Below are positions 1-9,682 of a DNA stretch of 64,000 bases, in pieces. The stretch is from Promethearchaeia archaeon (GTDB lineage: Archaea > Asgardarchaeota > Lokiarchaeia > Sigyniarchaeales > SOKP01). Made by a program: the position numbers and the translations under genes. The stretch is from the NCBI GenBank assembly GCA_029856155.1, contig JAHQWL010000081.1, positions 32,001-96,000 of the forward strand. Reading direction: 5' to 3'. Numbering within the stretch: position 1 is the stretch's first letter; each line of letters begins with the position of its first letter. The notes below the pieces were generated by a model, which saw nothing but the letters and a program-made list of their open reading frames with translations, did no database searches and had not been told where the DNA came from.

Positions 1-2
1 TT

Positions 3-338
3 TTAATATATTTCGGTAAAGTATCTCTGAGTCTATTTCTCATTCATTTCTTCTTTATCCCTTTGTTTTTTAATCAATTTAATATCCCCTTCTTTCTTAC
101 CATTAGCCTCTCTTATATTGGATTTTTAGGTATTTTTATGTATATATGGATGGAATATGGGAAAGGTGTAGGTTCTCCTGAATGGTTAATGGTGCAATTT
201 GGTAGAATAGGTCAAAAATCAGGTGAAGCTGTAAAGAAAACAACAAAAAAGATGTATGCAAAGATAAAAAAGCGTGAAAAAGTTAAAAAAATGGAAGATT
301 TCATGAAAAAATTGAGTGGAAACGATGATAATCCTTAA
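3..338 (+). CDS. HGSNAT/DUF1624-type membrane acyltransferase, 3' part (5'-truncated by window); paralog of 1816..3084
   Basis: Frame open from nt 3: LIYFGKVSLSLFLIHFFFIPLF...YIGFLGIFMYIWMEYGKGVGSPEW aligns with FYGKTSLSLFLIQYLFLPLY...YCGFLGLLMYIWLKYFDGVGSPEW of 1816..3084. Confidence 0.8.
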   Translation, partial: LIYFGKVSLSLFLIHFFFIPLFFNQFNIPFFLTISLSYIGFLGIFMYIWMEYGKGVGSPEWLMVQFGRIGQKSGEAVKKTTKKMYAKIKKREKVKKMEDFMKKLSGNDDNP

Positions 339-352
339 CGATAAGATTTCTA

Positions 353-1645
353 ATGTATAAAACTCGAATATTCTTTTTAATAGCTTTTATTGTCAACGGA
401 TTCTATTTAATCTTAACCTTCATATTCTTTTATTTTTTAGATAGTCCTTTAATGAGTATAGATGAAAATGATTTTTTATCTTTTTATCATGCGGGTTGGA
501 ATGTGCTAGAAGACTTACCTAATTTGTATGACTCTTCGCTTTCTCCATTTCCATTTAGATATTTACCCATTTCTGCCTACTTTTTTACACCTTTTTCAAT
601 TTTAGGATTAGAACTAGGCTATTTTGTTTTTCAGATCTTCAATTTCTCTCTTAACATCTTAATAATTTATTTAATGTATAGAATCATTCAAATTTACAAT
701 AACTTAAGTAATGATCCAAATTTTTACTTTAAATTAAACACTTTTAAGGATTCCTTTGATAAAACTGAAAATGCATCTGTTCTTCATCAATACGCTATTT
801 TCCTAATTATGTTACCGCAATTTATGAATTATTTCTTGGGCCAAATTAACCTTATAGTTTTATTTTTGATTCTCTCTTCTCTAATTTTTTTTTTGAAAGG
901 GGGCATTAAAAATGATCTGATAGGAGGATTTTTAATAGGATTAGGTTTATCAATAAGACCAACTCTAATTTTAATTTTGCCATTTTTAATAGTCTTAAAG
1001 TACAATAGAGAAACTAAGAAATTTCTCTTTAATTTAAAAACAACTGTGATAAGATTCTTAGGACCTACAGTTTTATTATTGATCTCAGGAATCTACTTTT
1101 TAATATATCCGCAAATGTTTACAGATTTTATTGATGTAAATCTTACCGGAGAATATACCTATACTACTGAAGGAGGTATAGAAATTAATCCATCATTCAG
1201 TCTTACTAGAATTGTTTTAATTTTCTTAGATTTGATCAGAGTGGATATTAATGGGTTTTTGATTTTTATAATTATCACTTTAATATTCTTAATACCAATT
1301 TATTATTTTTATATTCAACACTCAGACCAACCTATAAAATTAATCTATGGATATTTATTAGGAATTTTAGTAATGTTAATTGTATATTTTGATTCTTGGC
1401 CTCATCATATTGTTGTTTTGACACCATTTTTAATTTTTTTTCTTCTCATCAATAAAAATTTCAAATACTATAAACTGTTCAAATATCTTCATTACTTAAT
1501 AGCGATATTAATGGTCATTTTTTGGGGGATTTATTATCTAACTTATCAATTTTTTCCTTTTAACGCGGGAGGATTAATATTATTGATGCTATTATACTAC
1601 TGCTTAGTTATGTATTATGTAAATCAAGTTAGAGAAAAACCATAA
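353..1645 (+). CDS. GT87/DUF2029-like polytopic glycosyltransferase (GT-C)
   Basis: DFLSFYHAG...LY...PFRYLP, GQINL, GLGLSIRP and SWPHH motifs; about 11 TM segments. Confidence 0.75.
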   Translation: MYKTRIFFLIAFIVNGFYLILTFIFFYFLDSPLMSIDENDFLSFYHAGWNVLEDLPNLYDSSLSPFPFRYLPISAYFFTPFSILGLELGYFVFQIFNFSLNILIIYLMYRIIQIYNNLSNDPNFYFKLNTFKDSFDKTENASVLHQYAIFLIMLPQFMNYFLGQINLIVLFLILSSLIFFLKGGIKNDLIGGFLIGLGLSIRPTLILILPFLIVLKYNRETKKFLFNLKTTVIRFLGPTVLLLISGIYFLIYPQMFTDFIDVNLTGEYTYTTEGGIEINPSFSLTRIVLIFLDLIRVDINGFLIFIIITLIFLIPIYYFYIQHSDQPIKLIYGYLLGILVMLIVYFDSWPHHIVVLTPFLIFFLLINKNFKYYKLFKYLHYLIAILMVIFWGIYYLTYQFFPFNAGGLILLMLLYYCLVMYYVNQVREKP

Positions 1646-1815
1646 CAAATTCATACTAACCCTTTTAAAAAAAGGAGCTTTTCATGCTTACAGTGTCCCA
1701 ACTATAATGATAACAAAATTTTAATAGGTTAAATGTTCAATAATAATAATACCAAAATTTTTCTTAGGAAATTATCTTTTTCCTTAATTATTCGATAAAT
1801 TGAGTAGGATCAAGA

Positions 1816-3084
1816 ATGTCGACAACAATAGAGGAAGAATTCAATACTGATATCAAAAAGGATACATCGAAACGTATTGCTTCAATAGATTACGTCAAAG
1901 GATTTGCTATAGTTTGGATTGTCTTAGCTCATGTAGGTCTCAGTTGGCTTGATCGTGATTGGAAGTATGTATATGGACTTGTTTTTGCATTTTTAGATGT
2001 TCTTGGGCCTTCATTATTCGTATTTCTTTCAGCACTCAGTGTCGTTTTCAGTTATAAAAGAAAACAAGGCAAAATGTCAGAAAAGTCAATTCGAAATGGG
2101 ATTTTGACAAGAGGAGTCGTAATTATTGCTATAGGAGTGTTATTCAATCCAATTTCTTTATTAACTGAAGCTGAGGCGGTTCCTTTCCCTGCAAATTTAT
2201 GGGGTTGGAATATACTTATGTTTATTGGATTCTCTCAGATTTTCTCTTATTATGCAATAAAATTTAACAAAAAATGGCGAGCTGTGATTGGTCTTATAAT
2301 TATCTACTTCTCCCCTTGGATTCGAGACGTTCTATACGAGTATAAAGAAGCAGGAAACATATCCGTAAGTGTAATTCATTTTATTGTAACTTCTCCACTT
2401 CCTCAAGTACCAATTTTTCCATATTTAGCAGTGTGTTTTATGTCTACAATATTTGGTGAGTTTCTATACGACGCAATGATAAAAGGGACTAAAAAAGCTT
2501 ATTATAAGTTATTTCGAATATTTTCCATTTATGGGATTGTATTTGTATTATTGGGAATATTCTTAATTGTTCCAAGGGGAGTTGCTTTCAACATCTGGGA
2601 AACTGGGTTGGCACGATTAATTCCTGGAACTCAGGTATCTCCAGGAATTATTGTAAAATCAGAATATTTGCATATTGACTTATTGGCTATTGCTAATCAG
2701 CAAAATTATGCTCACTTTGACGGAATGCCAATTTTTATGGTTAGATGCACCGCTCACAATATGTTCTACAATCTTGGTGTTGCTTTTTTACTTATTGCAA
2801 TATGTTTTTATATCCTTGATATAAAAAAGAAAATGAATGATGTCATAAGGTTAGTTCTATTTTACGGAAAAACAAGCCTCTCTCTCTTTCTAATTCAATA
2901 TCTATTTCTCCCCTTATATACAGGCCAGTTCTCAATCATCTTTTTACTTGGTGTTTGGGTTGGTTATTGTGGCTTTCTAGGTTTACTTATGTATATTTGG
3001 TTGAAATATTTCGATGGTGTCGGCTCACCTGAATGGATTATGAGTAAAGTTGGGAATTTGGGGAAAAAAAAGAAAAAATCTTGA
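1816..3084 (+). CDS. Heparan-alpha-glucosaminide N-acetyltransferase (DUF1624)-like membrane acyltransferase
   Basis: RIASIDYVKGFAI..IVLAH, DVLGPSLFVFLSALS, WNILMFIG, PIFPYL and GKTSL motifs; polytopic. Confidence 0.75.
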   Translation: MSTTIEEEFNTDIKKDTSKRIASIDYVKGFAIVWIVLAHVGLSWLDRDWKYVYGLVFAFLDVLGPSLFVFLSALSVVFSYKRKQGKMSEKSIRNGILTRGVVIIAIGVLFNPISLLTEAEAVPFPANLWGWNILMFIGFSQIFSYYAIKFNKKWRAVIGLIIIYFSPWIRDVLYEYKEAGNISVSVIHFIVTSPLPQVPIFPYLAVCFMSTIFGEFLYDAMIKGTKKAYYKLFRIFSIYGIVFVLLGIFLIVPRGVAFNIWETGLARLIPGTQVSPGIIVKSEYLHIDLLAIANQQNYAHFDGMPIFMVRCTAHNMFYNLGVAFLLIAICFYILDIKKKMNDVIRLVLFYGKTSLSLFLIQYLFLPLYTGQFSIIFLLGVWVGYCGFLGLLMYIWLKYFDGVGSPEWIMSKVGNLGKKKKKS

Positions 3085-3285
3085 AAAACATTTAATTAAA
3101 GGTACTTAAAAAATAATAAAGCTATATTATAAAGATATAAATATCTTTAAAAGATAATAAGAAATATTAAGAGATGAATTAATTATTATTATAATTAGTT
3201 CTAGTTAATTCAAATCATATTAATATTACAATATTGATTTTTAAAAAAATATAGTAAAAATTTATTTCGTACGAGGAAATTGAAG

Positions 3286-3807
3286 ATGAGTCCAGAAACT
3301 TCGTATAAATTCAAAATCACACTTTTTGGGCCAGGTGGGGTGGGTAAAACTTCCTTATTGTTACGCTACATAAAAGATTACTTCAGCGATGACTTAAAAA
3401 AGACAATTGGAAGCAATTTTTTAATTAAAGATGTGGAACTTGAAGGGAAATTAGTGCGTCTGCTTTTATGGGATATTGGGGGTCAGCCTCAATTTCATAA
3501 GTTAAGAACTATATATTTTAAAGGGAGTAATGCAGCATTAGGTGTTTTTGATTTAGCTTCTAGTCAAACTCTCTTAAAAATTCCGGGGTGGATTAGCTCA
3601 ATTAAAAAAACGGTCAAAAAAACTATTCCTATGATTCTTTTAGGTAATAAGGCAGATTTAGAGAGAGAAATTGATAGAACTGAAGCTGAAGATACAGCTA
3701 AAAGACTTAACTGTGACTATTTAGAGACATCAGCAAAAACGGGACAAAATGTAGAATTAGTGTTTGAAAAAATAGCAAGAGCTTGCTTAGAAGATATTAG
3801 TGTTTAA
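3286..3807 (+). CDS. Rab-like small GTPase
   Basis: G1 GPGGVGKTS, G2 TIG, G3 WDIGGQ, G4 NKAD, G5 ETSAK; ATG at 3286 preferred over TTG at 3280. Confidence 0.93.
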   Translation: MSPETSYKFKITLFGPGGVGKTSLLLRYIKDYFSDDLKKTIGSNFLIKDVELEGKLVRLLLWDIGGQPQFHKLRTIYFKGSNAALGVFDLASSQTLLKIPGWISSIKKTVKKTIPMILLGNKADLEREIDRTEAEDTAKRLNCDYLETSAKTGQNVELVFEKIARACLEDISV

Positions 3808-3830
3808 GAACATCAATATTTTTTCTTATT

Positions 3831-4448
3831 CTAAATAATTTTTAACTTCTTTAATTCTTTAATAAGTTCAACTAAGTTAGTATATTTTATACCAATAATA
3901 CCTAGTTGCTTAGCAGAACGGATATTATTCAATCCATCATCTATGAAAATAATTTGTTCTGGTTTGCAAGCAGCTTTTTGTATAGCATATTTAAATATTT
4001 CAGGATCAGGTTTAATCAAATGAATCTCATGTGAAAGAATAAATTCATCAAAATAATCTAAAAAATCCCAATTTTTTTTTAATATGAAATTCCAATGGCT
4101 GGAATTTACATTAGATAACGCAATTAGTTTAAACTTATCTCTATCTTTTATTTTTTTGATGATATCAATTACATCTAGATTGATATCAGATATTATACTA
4201 TTAAATGCTTTAAAAAATTCAGATTGATCTAGCATACAAACTTGGAGTAAATCACATGCAAGTTGGTAAAATTCATCATCAGTCATATTTCCTTGATGAT
4301 AGATATCAGACTGTCTAAAAAATTCTAACATTATTGGTGTTTGGGGTCTATTGAGAGGAGACTGAGTTATAATCCTATTATAAAAGTGTGTGAAATCTAA
4401 GTCCACAACTACTCCTCCTAAATCAAAAATAATTGCCTTAACTTTCAT
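3831..4448 (-). CDS. HAD family phosphatase (YihX-like)
   Basis: FDLGGV, LSN, KPDPEIF, FIDD motifs. Confidence 0.9.
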   Translation of the reverse strand: MKVKAIIFDLGGVVVDLDFTHFYNRIITQSPLNRPQTPIMLEFFRQSDIYHQGNMTDDEFYQLACDLLQVCMLDQSEFFKAFNSIISDINLDVIDIIKKIKDRDKFKLIALSNVNSSHWNFILKKNWDFLDYFDEFILSHEIHLIKPDPEIFKYAIQKAACKPEQIIFIDDGLNNIRSAKQLGIIGIKYTNLVELIKELKKLKII

Positions 4449-4525
4449 AATGAAAAAAAAAGTAACTTTATGGTTTAAATAACAGATTAAATAAATATTT
4501 TATTTAATAGAAATTAAACGTATTT

Positions 4526-6586
4526 TTAGCGTCTAAAATAAATTTTGGTTGAAAATTTCCTAAAGGGTACTGGTAATTTATATTTTGGAAAATTTCTCGT
4601 ATCATCTTCAAGCATTTCAAGCAATTTATCTAACTTTACATTATTAAATTGCTCAGATGTTTGCTTTTTTTGACCGAAAGGTTTATTTATCAATCTTCTT
4701 CTAATAGAAATCGTTTTATTATCCTGTTCTTTTTTACCAATGATTATTGTATAAGGTATCCATTCAATTTCAGATTGTCTTATTTTTTTTCCTATAGTTT
4801 CTTCTCGATCGTCGAAATCTGTTCTGAATTCTTCGCTATTAAGAATTTTAAGTAATCTTTCAGCATATTCATTCTGTTCATCACTCACTGTTATTATTCG
4901 TACCTGTATTGGAGACAACCAAGTTTTAAACCCTGGAACGAGTCTATCTTTATTTCGAATAGCAGATTCGATTAAACCCCATAAAACTCTTTCTACAGCA
5001 CCAGTTGGAGAATTATGAAGAATAATAGGATGTTTCACTTGACCGTCAGTATCAATGAAAGATATATTGTATTTTTGTCTTTTAACTCCATCAGTATCAA
5101 ACATATATTCCAAGGAACTCTCTACATCTATTTGATTAGTAGCTAATGTAGCACTCTTACCATGTGCTGAAAGAACATTTCTTTCAAATTTTAATATATA
5201 ATAATAATATCTATCTTCCCATAATTCTAATAATGCGGGATATTGTTCTGATTTGATTAAATCGATGATCCAATGTTTGTTTTCTTTATAAAATTCCTGA
5301 GTAACTCTGAAGATAACATAAGTATTTATACCTAAATCTTTTTCAAGACTTTTGATTAATTTATATTGCTTTTTAAACTCATCAACAGAAGATTCAATAT
5401 CTTTACACATCGTGTGCATATCTGGCATTATAAAACTTCGCAACCTCCTTAAACCGCTTAATTCACCTTCTAATTCACGTCTAAACGCATATTGTTCATA
5501 TTCATAAACTCTTAAAGGAAAATAATGAGGTTTCAAATTCATTTGAGAAAATAAATCAAATAGAAGGAAATCACATGCATATCTTAAGAGATATCTATCA
5601 CTTCCAGATTCAACCCAATAACTCCTTGCTGGAAACCGAGCAGTTTGCGCTGTTAGTTTCTTATTTTTAACAGTATACATAACAGGTGTATCAACAAGTA
5701 TCGCCCCATAATCTATTAATCTATCTTCTATATAATTTTTTATGAGGTTCTTCATAATGATTCCTTTTGTATACCATCTAAAGTTCCCTGCATCAGTGTT
5801 AGGATCAAAATCTAATAATTCAAATTCTTTCATAACTTTTATATGAGCTGGTTCAAATGCTCTCTCCATTAATCTTGACCCTAATTCAGAATTCAGAAAA
5901 GTATGAAATTCTTTGTCTTTAATCTCCTTTGGTGGCAAAATCTTCTGGTCTTCATCAAAATTTAGATTAAGTTCTTTTCCTGATGTTGTGATTATTTTAA
6001 ATACTGAGTTTTTAACCTGTTCCTCAGGTTTAATAGCTAGTTTAACATCTCTATACATCTCTGCTAATTCATGACCCAAACAGTTGATTTTAAATGATTT
6101 ATACCAGCCAAAAGGGGAGAACTTTGACTCAATACCTCTCTCTTCTAACCTTTTTGCGATTTTAGGGCACACTTCCATAGCATTGTGTTCATTACTAAGA
6201 AATTTACTTAAATGTGCCCATGGATAAACTAGAACTTTATCAACATGATACTTATCGCGATCTTTAATAAGCTCTAAAATCTTCCTTGGCTTTCCCTTTA
6301 TTTCGCCATTCTCAATCCTTTTATTATACTCTCTTATTTCTTCATTTTTTTGTCTTAACTTATCTGGAAATCCGGTAATTTGTAATATTGCAGCCTCAAT
6401 TTCCTCAGCTCCCTGTTTAGCAATTAAATCTGTATCATAAGTATCTTGATCTTCAACGGAGACAAAACAAACAAGAATTAAACCCTCCATTTTTATAATG
6501 TCCTCTGTAAATTCTTGGGGGTTACTCGTTGCTTCTTTATTTTTAATAACTTCCACATCTTGAGAGTGAATTAATAAGATTTTCAT
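4526..6586 (-). CDS. thrS: Threonine--tRNA ligase, archaeal type with N-terminal editing domain
   Basis: MKILLIH start (ATG 6586 after AAGGA); YPWAHLS and PFGWYKSF editing motifs; FRRELEGELSGLRRLRSFIMPDMH; Zn ligands ACD/DMH/HNSP; anticodon-binding domain. Confidence 0.96.
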   Translation of the reverse strand: MKILLIHSQDVEVIKNKEATSNPQEFTEDIIKMEGLILVCFVSVEDQDTYDTDLIAKQGAEEIEAAILQITGFPDKLRQKNEEIREYNKRIENGEIKGKPRKILELIKDRDKYHVDKVLVYPWAHLSKFLSNEHNAMEVCPKIAKRLEERGIESKFSPFGWYKSFKINCLGHELAEMYRDVKLAIKPEEQVKNSVFKIITTSGKELNLNFDEDQKILPPKEIKDKEFHTFLNSELGSRLMERAFEPAHIKVMKEFELLDFDPNTDAGNFRWYTKGIIMKNLIKNYIEDRLIDYGAILVDTPVMYTVKNKKLTAQTARFPARSYWVESGSDRYLLRYACDFLLFDLFSQMNLKPHYFPLRVYEYEQYAFRRELEGELSGLRRLRSFIMPDMHTMCKDIESSVDEFKKQYKLIKSLEKDLGINTYVIFRVTQEFYKENKHWIIDLIKSEQYPALLELWEDRYYYYILKFERNVLSAHGKSATLATNQIDVESSLEYMFDTDGVKRQKYNISFIDTDGQVKHPIILHNSPTGAVERVLWGLIESAIRNKDRLVPGFKTWLSPIQVRIITVSDEQNEYAERLLKILNSEEFRTDFDDREETIGKKIRQSEIEWIPYTIIIGKKEQDNKTISIRRRLINKPFGQKKQTSEQFNNVKLDKLLEMLEDDTRNFPKYKLPVPFRKFSTKIYFRR

Positions 6587-6711
6587 GATGAATCCTTTTT
6601 TTAGTCTTGTAACCAATAGAATATAATAAATTCTAAATATTTCTTTTACTTTTGATAAATAATTATATTCAAAATTCAAATTAATTGTTATTGAAATTAA
6701 TTTCTATTATA

Positions 6712-7323
6712 ATGAATCTTAAAAAAGCTTTTTCAGAAATAACTGAGTTATTAGATATATTATATCAAGATAGAGAAGAGATTTTAAAATTATCTCGTGA
6801 TGTAATTAGAGACTGCAGTATAGCTATAAAAAATGTTCATAGAAAAGAATTTGATAAATTTCATGAAAGAATAAACCAGATTAAGATTAACCATAAGAAG
6901 TTAATCGAAATAGTCAATAAAAATCCTGGTATATTTTTCAAATATCTAAAGACACCTGAGCAAGAATACGTTGAATCAATTGCTTTTCATTCAATTATTA
7001 GTAAAAAAGAGATTCCTTCACCTTTGGAATTAAATGTTAATCCTTTAAATTTTCTACTAGGATTAGCAGACGTTATTGGAGAATTGCGGAGATATGCTTT
7101 AGACAATATTAGAAATTCTCGTGTTGAAGATTTAAATTCGATCTTAGAAAAGATGGATGAGATCTACACTTATTTATTCACTATTGATTATCCCTCTGGT
7201 GTAACTCAAGATTTAAGACATAAAGTAGATGTTGCTAGAAATATAATCGAAAAAACAAGAGGAGATATATCCCTAGCAATTCAAATGGATGATTTGAAGA
7301 GATGTTTTAAAAACAAGATGTAA
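6712..7323 (+). CDS. Translin/Trax family protein (archaeal C3PO)
   Basis: REEILKLSR, QEYVE, LLGLADVIGELRR and LRHKVDVAR motifs. Confidence 0.9.
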   Translation: MNLKKAFSEITELLDILYQDREEILKLSRDVIRDCSIAIKNVHRKEFDKFHERINQIKINHKKLIEIVNKNPGIFFKYLKTPEQEYVESIAFHSIISKKEIPSPLELNVNPLNFLLGLADVIGELRRYALDNIRNSRVEDLNSILEKMDEIYTYLFTIDYPSGVTQDLRHKVDVARNIIEKTRGDISLAIQMDDLKRCFKNKM

Positions 7324-7366
7324 TTTTAACATTAATTATCTGAAATAGGTATGTGAGCAGAAAAAG

Positions 7367-7819
7367 ATGAATATAGAAAAGAAGAGGATAATGATAGCTG
7401 GAACGTTTGATCTTATTCATGCGGGTCACATTTACCTAATTAATGAAGCGGCAAAATTAGGAAACGTGTATGTGGTTGTTGCTACTGATAAAAATCGTGA
7501 ATTATTCTCAGGAGAACGACCTATTATTTCCCAGGAACAAAGATTAGAAATTATTAAGAATTTAAAAAATGTAACAGACGCTAGATTAGGAAGAAGTGAT
7601 AATGATACACTTAAAACAGTTGAAGAAATTAATCCAGACATAATTCTATTAGGGCCAGATCAGAAATATAGTATTGAAATTCTTAAACAAAAGCTTAGAA
7701 AAGAAAATCTAGATCATATTGAGGTAAAGAGACTAGAAACTTATTATGATAAATACAAATTACATAGTTCAAGCTTAATAAAACAAAAAATAATTGAAAA
7801 ATATAAAGAAAAAAACTAA
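7367..7819 (+). CDS. ribL: FAD synthase
   Basis: GTFDLIHAGH, PDIILLGPDQ, SSSLIK; directly upstream of ribK. Confidence 0.88.
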   Translation: MNIEKKRIMIAGTFDLIHAGHIYLINEAAKLGNVYVVVATDKNRELFSGERPIISQEQRLEIIKNLKNVTDARLGRSDNDTLKTVEEINPDIILLGPDQKYSIEILKQKLRKENLDHIEVKRLETYYDKYKLHSSSLIKQKIIEKYKEKN

Positions 7820-7832
7820 ATCAATTGTGATA

Positions 7833-8555
7833 ATGGAGGATAAAGAAAGTATCTCTTCAGAAAATTATGCAAATTGGTTTGCACTTTATCATCTTTGCCA
7901 AAATATTGGAAGTCGAAAAGCTATCCATATTAGTAGTGTTGAATTTGGGAAAATACTTAATTTATCTCAACAAACAGCTTCAAGAAGAATAAATCAATTA
8001 GAAGATATAGGCTGGATACAACGAAAGATTGCGGGGAAAGATCAGATTATAAGAATTACAAAGAAAGGTGCTGCTGTTATGCTTGCAATGTATAAAGATT
8101 TAAAACAAATATTAGAAGACATATTAATTGTGGGAGAAGTCACTGAAGGAATGGGTGAAGGAGGTTATTATGTTAGAATTAAGGAATATTATGATCAATT
8201 TAGAGAAAAATTAGGATATAAACCTTATTTTGGAACATTAAATGTTCAGTTAAGTGATCTTAATAAAGAATTATTGGATGAAAACTTAAAAAATCGAATA
8301 CCCCTTATAATTCAGGGATTTGAGAAGGAAGAAGAGGGATATATTAAACGAAAATACGGTTCTGTAGAGTGTTATGATTGTATTATATCTCGTTTAGATG
8401 ATCAAACAAAAAAAATAAATAGTGCAATTTTGAAGATTAAAAGAACACACCATAAGAAAAATATAGTAGAAATTTTAGCAGAACCCTATTTAAGAGACAC
8501 ACTTAAATTAAAAGATGGTGTTCGTGTTAGAATAGAATTGATAAAAAAGAGTTAA
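7833..8555 (+). CDS. ribK: CTP-dependent riboflavin kinase with N-terminal winged HTH (RbkR-type)
   Basis: SQQTASRRINQLE HTH; GMGEGGYY, PYFGTLNV, RTHH and LRDTLKLKDG. Confidence 0.93.
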   Translation: MEDKESISSENYANWFALYHLCQNIGSRKAIHISSVEFGKILNLSQQTASRRINQLEDIGWIQRKIAGKDQIIRITKKGAAVMLAMYKDLKQILEDILIVGEVTEGMGEGGYYVRIKEYYDQFREKLGYKPYFGTLNVQLSDLNKELLDENLKNRIPLIIQGFEKEEEGYIKRKYGSVECYDCIISRLDDQTKKINSAILKIKRTHHKKNIVEILAEPYLRDTLKLKDGVRVRIELIKKS

Positions 8556-8571
8556 TTGTATACTACACTTT

Positions 8572-9192
8572 CTATTGATTTTCTACTTTTTTAATTTGAA
8601 GGGAAATTTTTTTAACTCTATAAAGATATGTGCCTATTACAAGCCACATATAAATAAATAAAAATTCTGCGGTAAAACCATAGAAAAAAGCGAATAACAT
8701 TGTTATAAAAATATAAAATAATCTTTCAGATCTAGCCATCAAACCTATGTCAAAATCTCCTTTGAAAAAAACCTCCACTCTAGCTCTACAATAACTAATC
8801 ATAAAAGAAATGAGATACGATATAAGTAAAATAAGTTTCATATCAATATAATTCCATAAATAATTATTCCAATTAAAAATAATAAGTCCCAAGAATATAA
8901 AAAATTCTGATATTCTATCCATCACAGAATCAAAAAATCCGCCAATCTTTTTCACTTTCCCAGTCAATCTAGCAATGGCACCATCACAGCCATCCATGAT
9001 TCCCGTTGTAAATACTAAAATAGAAAATATTAAGAGATTTCGAAAAAGTGCTAAATATATAAAACTAAGAAACGCAAAACAGAGCATAAAAATTGTGGCT
9101 AAATTTGGAGTTATACCAATTTTGCTTAAACCTTTAGAGAGTACTGTTATTAAAGGTCTGAAAATATACCGTAACCGATACCGTGAGGGCAT
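8572..9192 (-). CDS. CDP-alcohol phosphatidyltransferase (archaetidylinositol-phosphate synthase-like)
   Basis: TPNLAT; DGCDGAIAR...GGFFDSVMDRISE signature; SYCRAR; GLMARSER. Confidence 0.9.
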   Translation of the reverse strand: MPSRYRLRYIFRPLITVLSKGLSKIGITPNLATIFMLCFAFLSFIYLALFRNLLIFSILVFTTGIMDGCDGAIARLTGKVKKIGGFFDSVMDRISEFFIFLGLIIFNWNNYLWNYIDMKLILLISYLISFMISYCRARVEVFFKGDFDIGLMARSERLFYIFITMLFAFFYGFTAEFLFIYMWLVIGTYLYRVKKISLQIKKVENQ

Positions 9193-9324
9193 AACTAGAC
9201 TTTATTTTACTTTATTTATAATTTTAATATAATATATTTTACATATTAATATAGGATAATTTTTTTATTTTGATCATTTTAAATATATAATTAACTCATT
9301 ATTCAATAGAGAGATTGATAACTC

Positions 9325-9630
9325 TTGAAATTACGTTTGATTTTAAAAACAAATACAAAGAAAAAAAAAGAAATAATATTAAAATTAAGTATCCCACCAA
9401 GTAAACATATTGGTTTTATAAACTTTATAAACTTAGCCTTAAAACAAGATTTACCAATAGAATTATCTTTTGAAAAAATATCAAAAACGGGAGAAAGAGA
9501 AGAAAGCAAAATATTTGGGCAATTCAAATTACAAGGTAAACCAGATTCACAATTATATGGATTAGAACAAGAAATCCAGGAAGAAGAGCGCAAGAAAAAA
9601 AAATTGCAGCAAAAAAGAAAACAAAAATAA
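9325..9630 (+). CDS. Hypothetical protein with basic C-terminal tail
   Basis: 101-aa ORF with TTG start and typical coding composition. Confidence 0.6.
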   Translation: MKLRLILKTNTKKKKEIILKLSIPPSKHIGFINFINLALKQDLPIELSFEKISKTGEREESKIFGQFKLQGKPDSQLYGLEQEIQEEERKKKKLQQKRKQK

Positions 9631-9682
9631 TTCCTCTGGTATGAAAAACTCTCTAAAAGTCTCTGTTTCTGGACGTATTTGC

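Noticed and set aside
3770-3807. Prenylation signal on the Rab-like GTPase
   Set aside because: The C-terminus ACLEDISV is not CAAX, CC or CXC, and there is no hypervariable tail.
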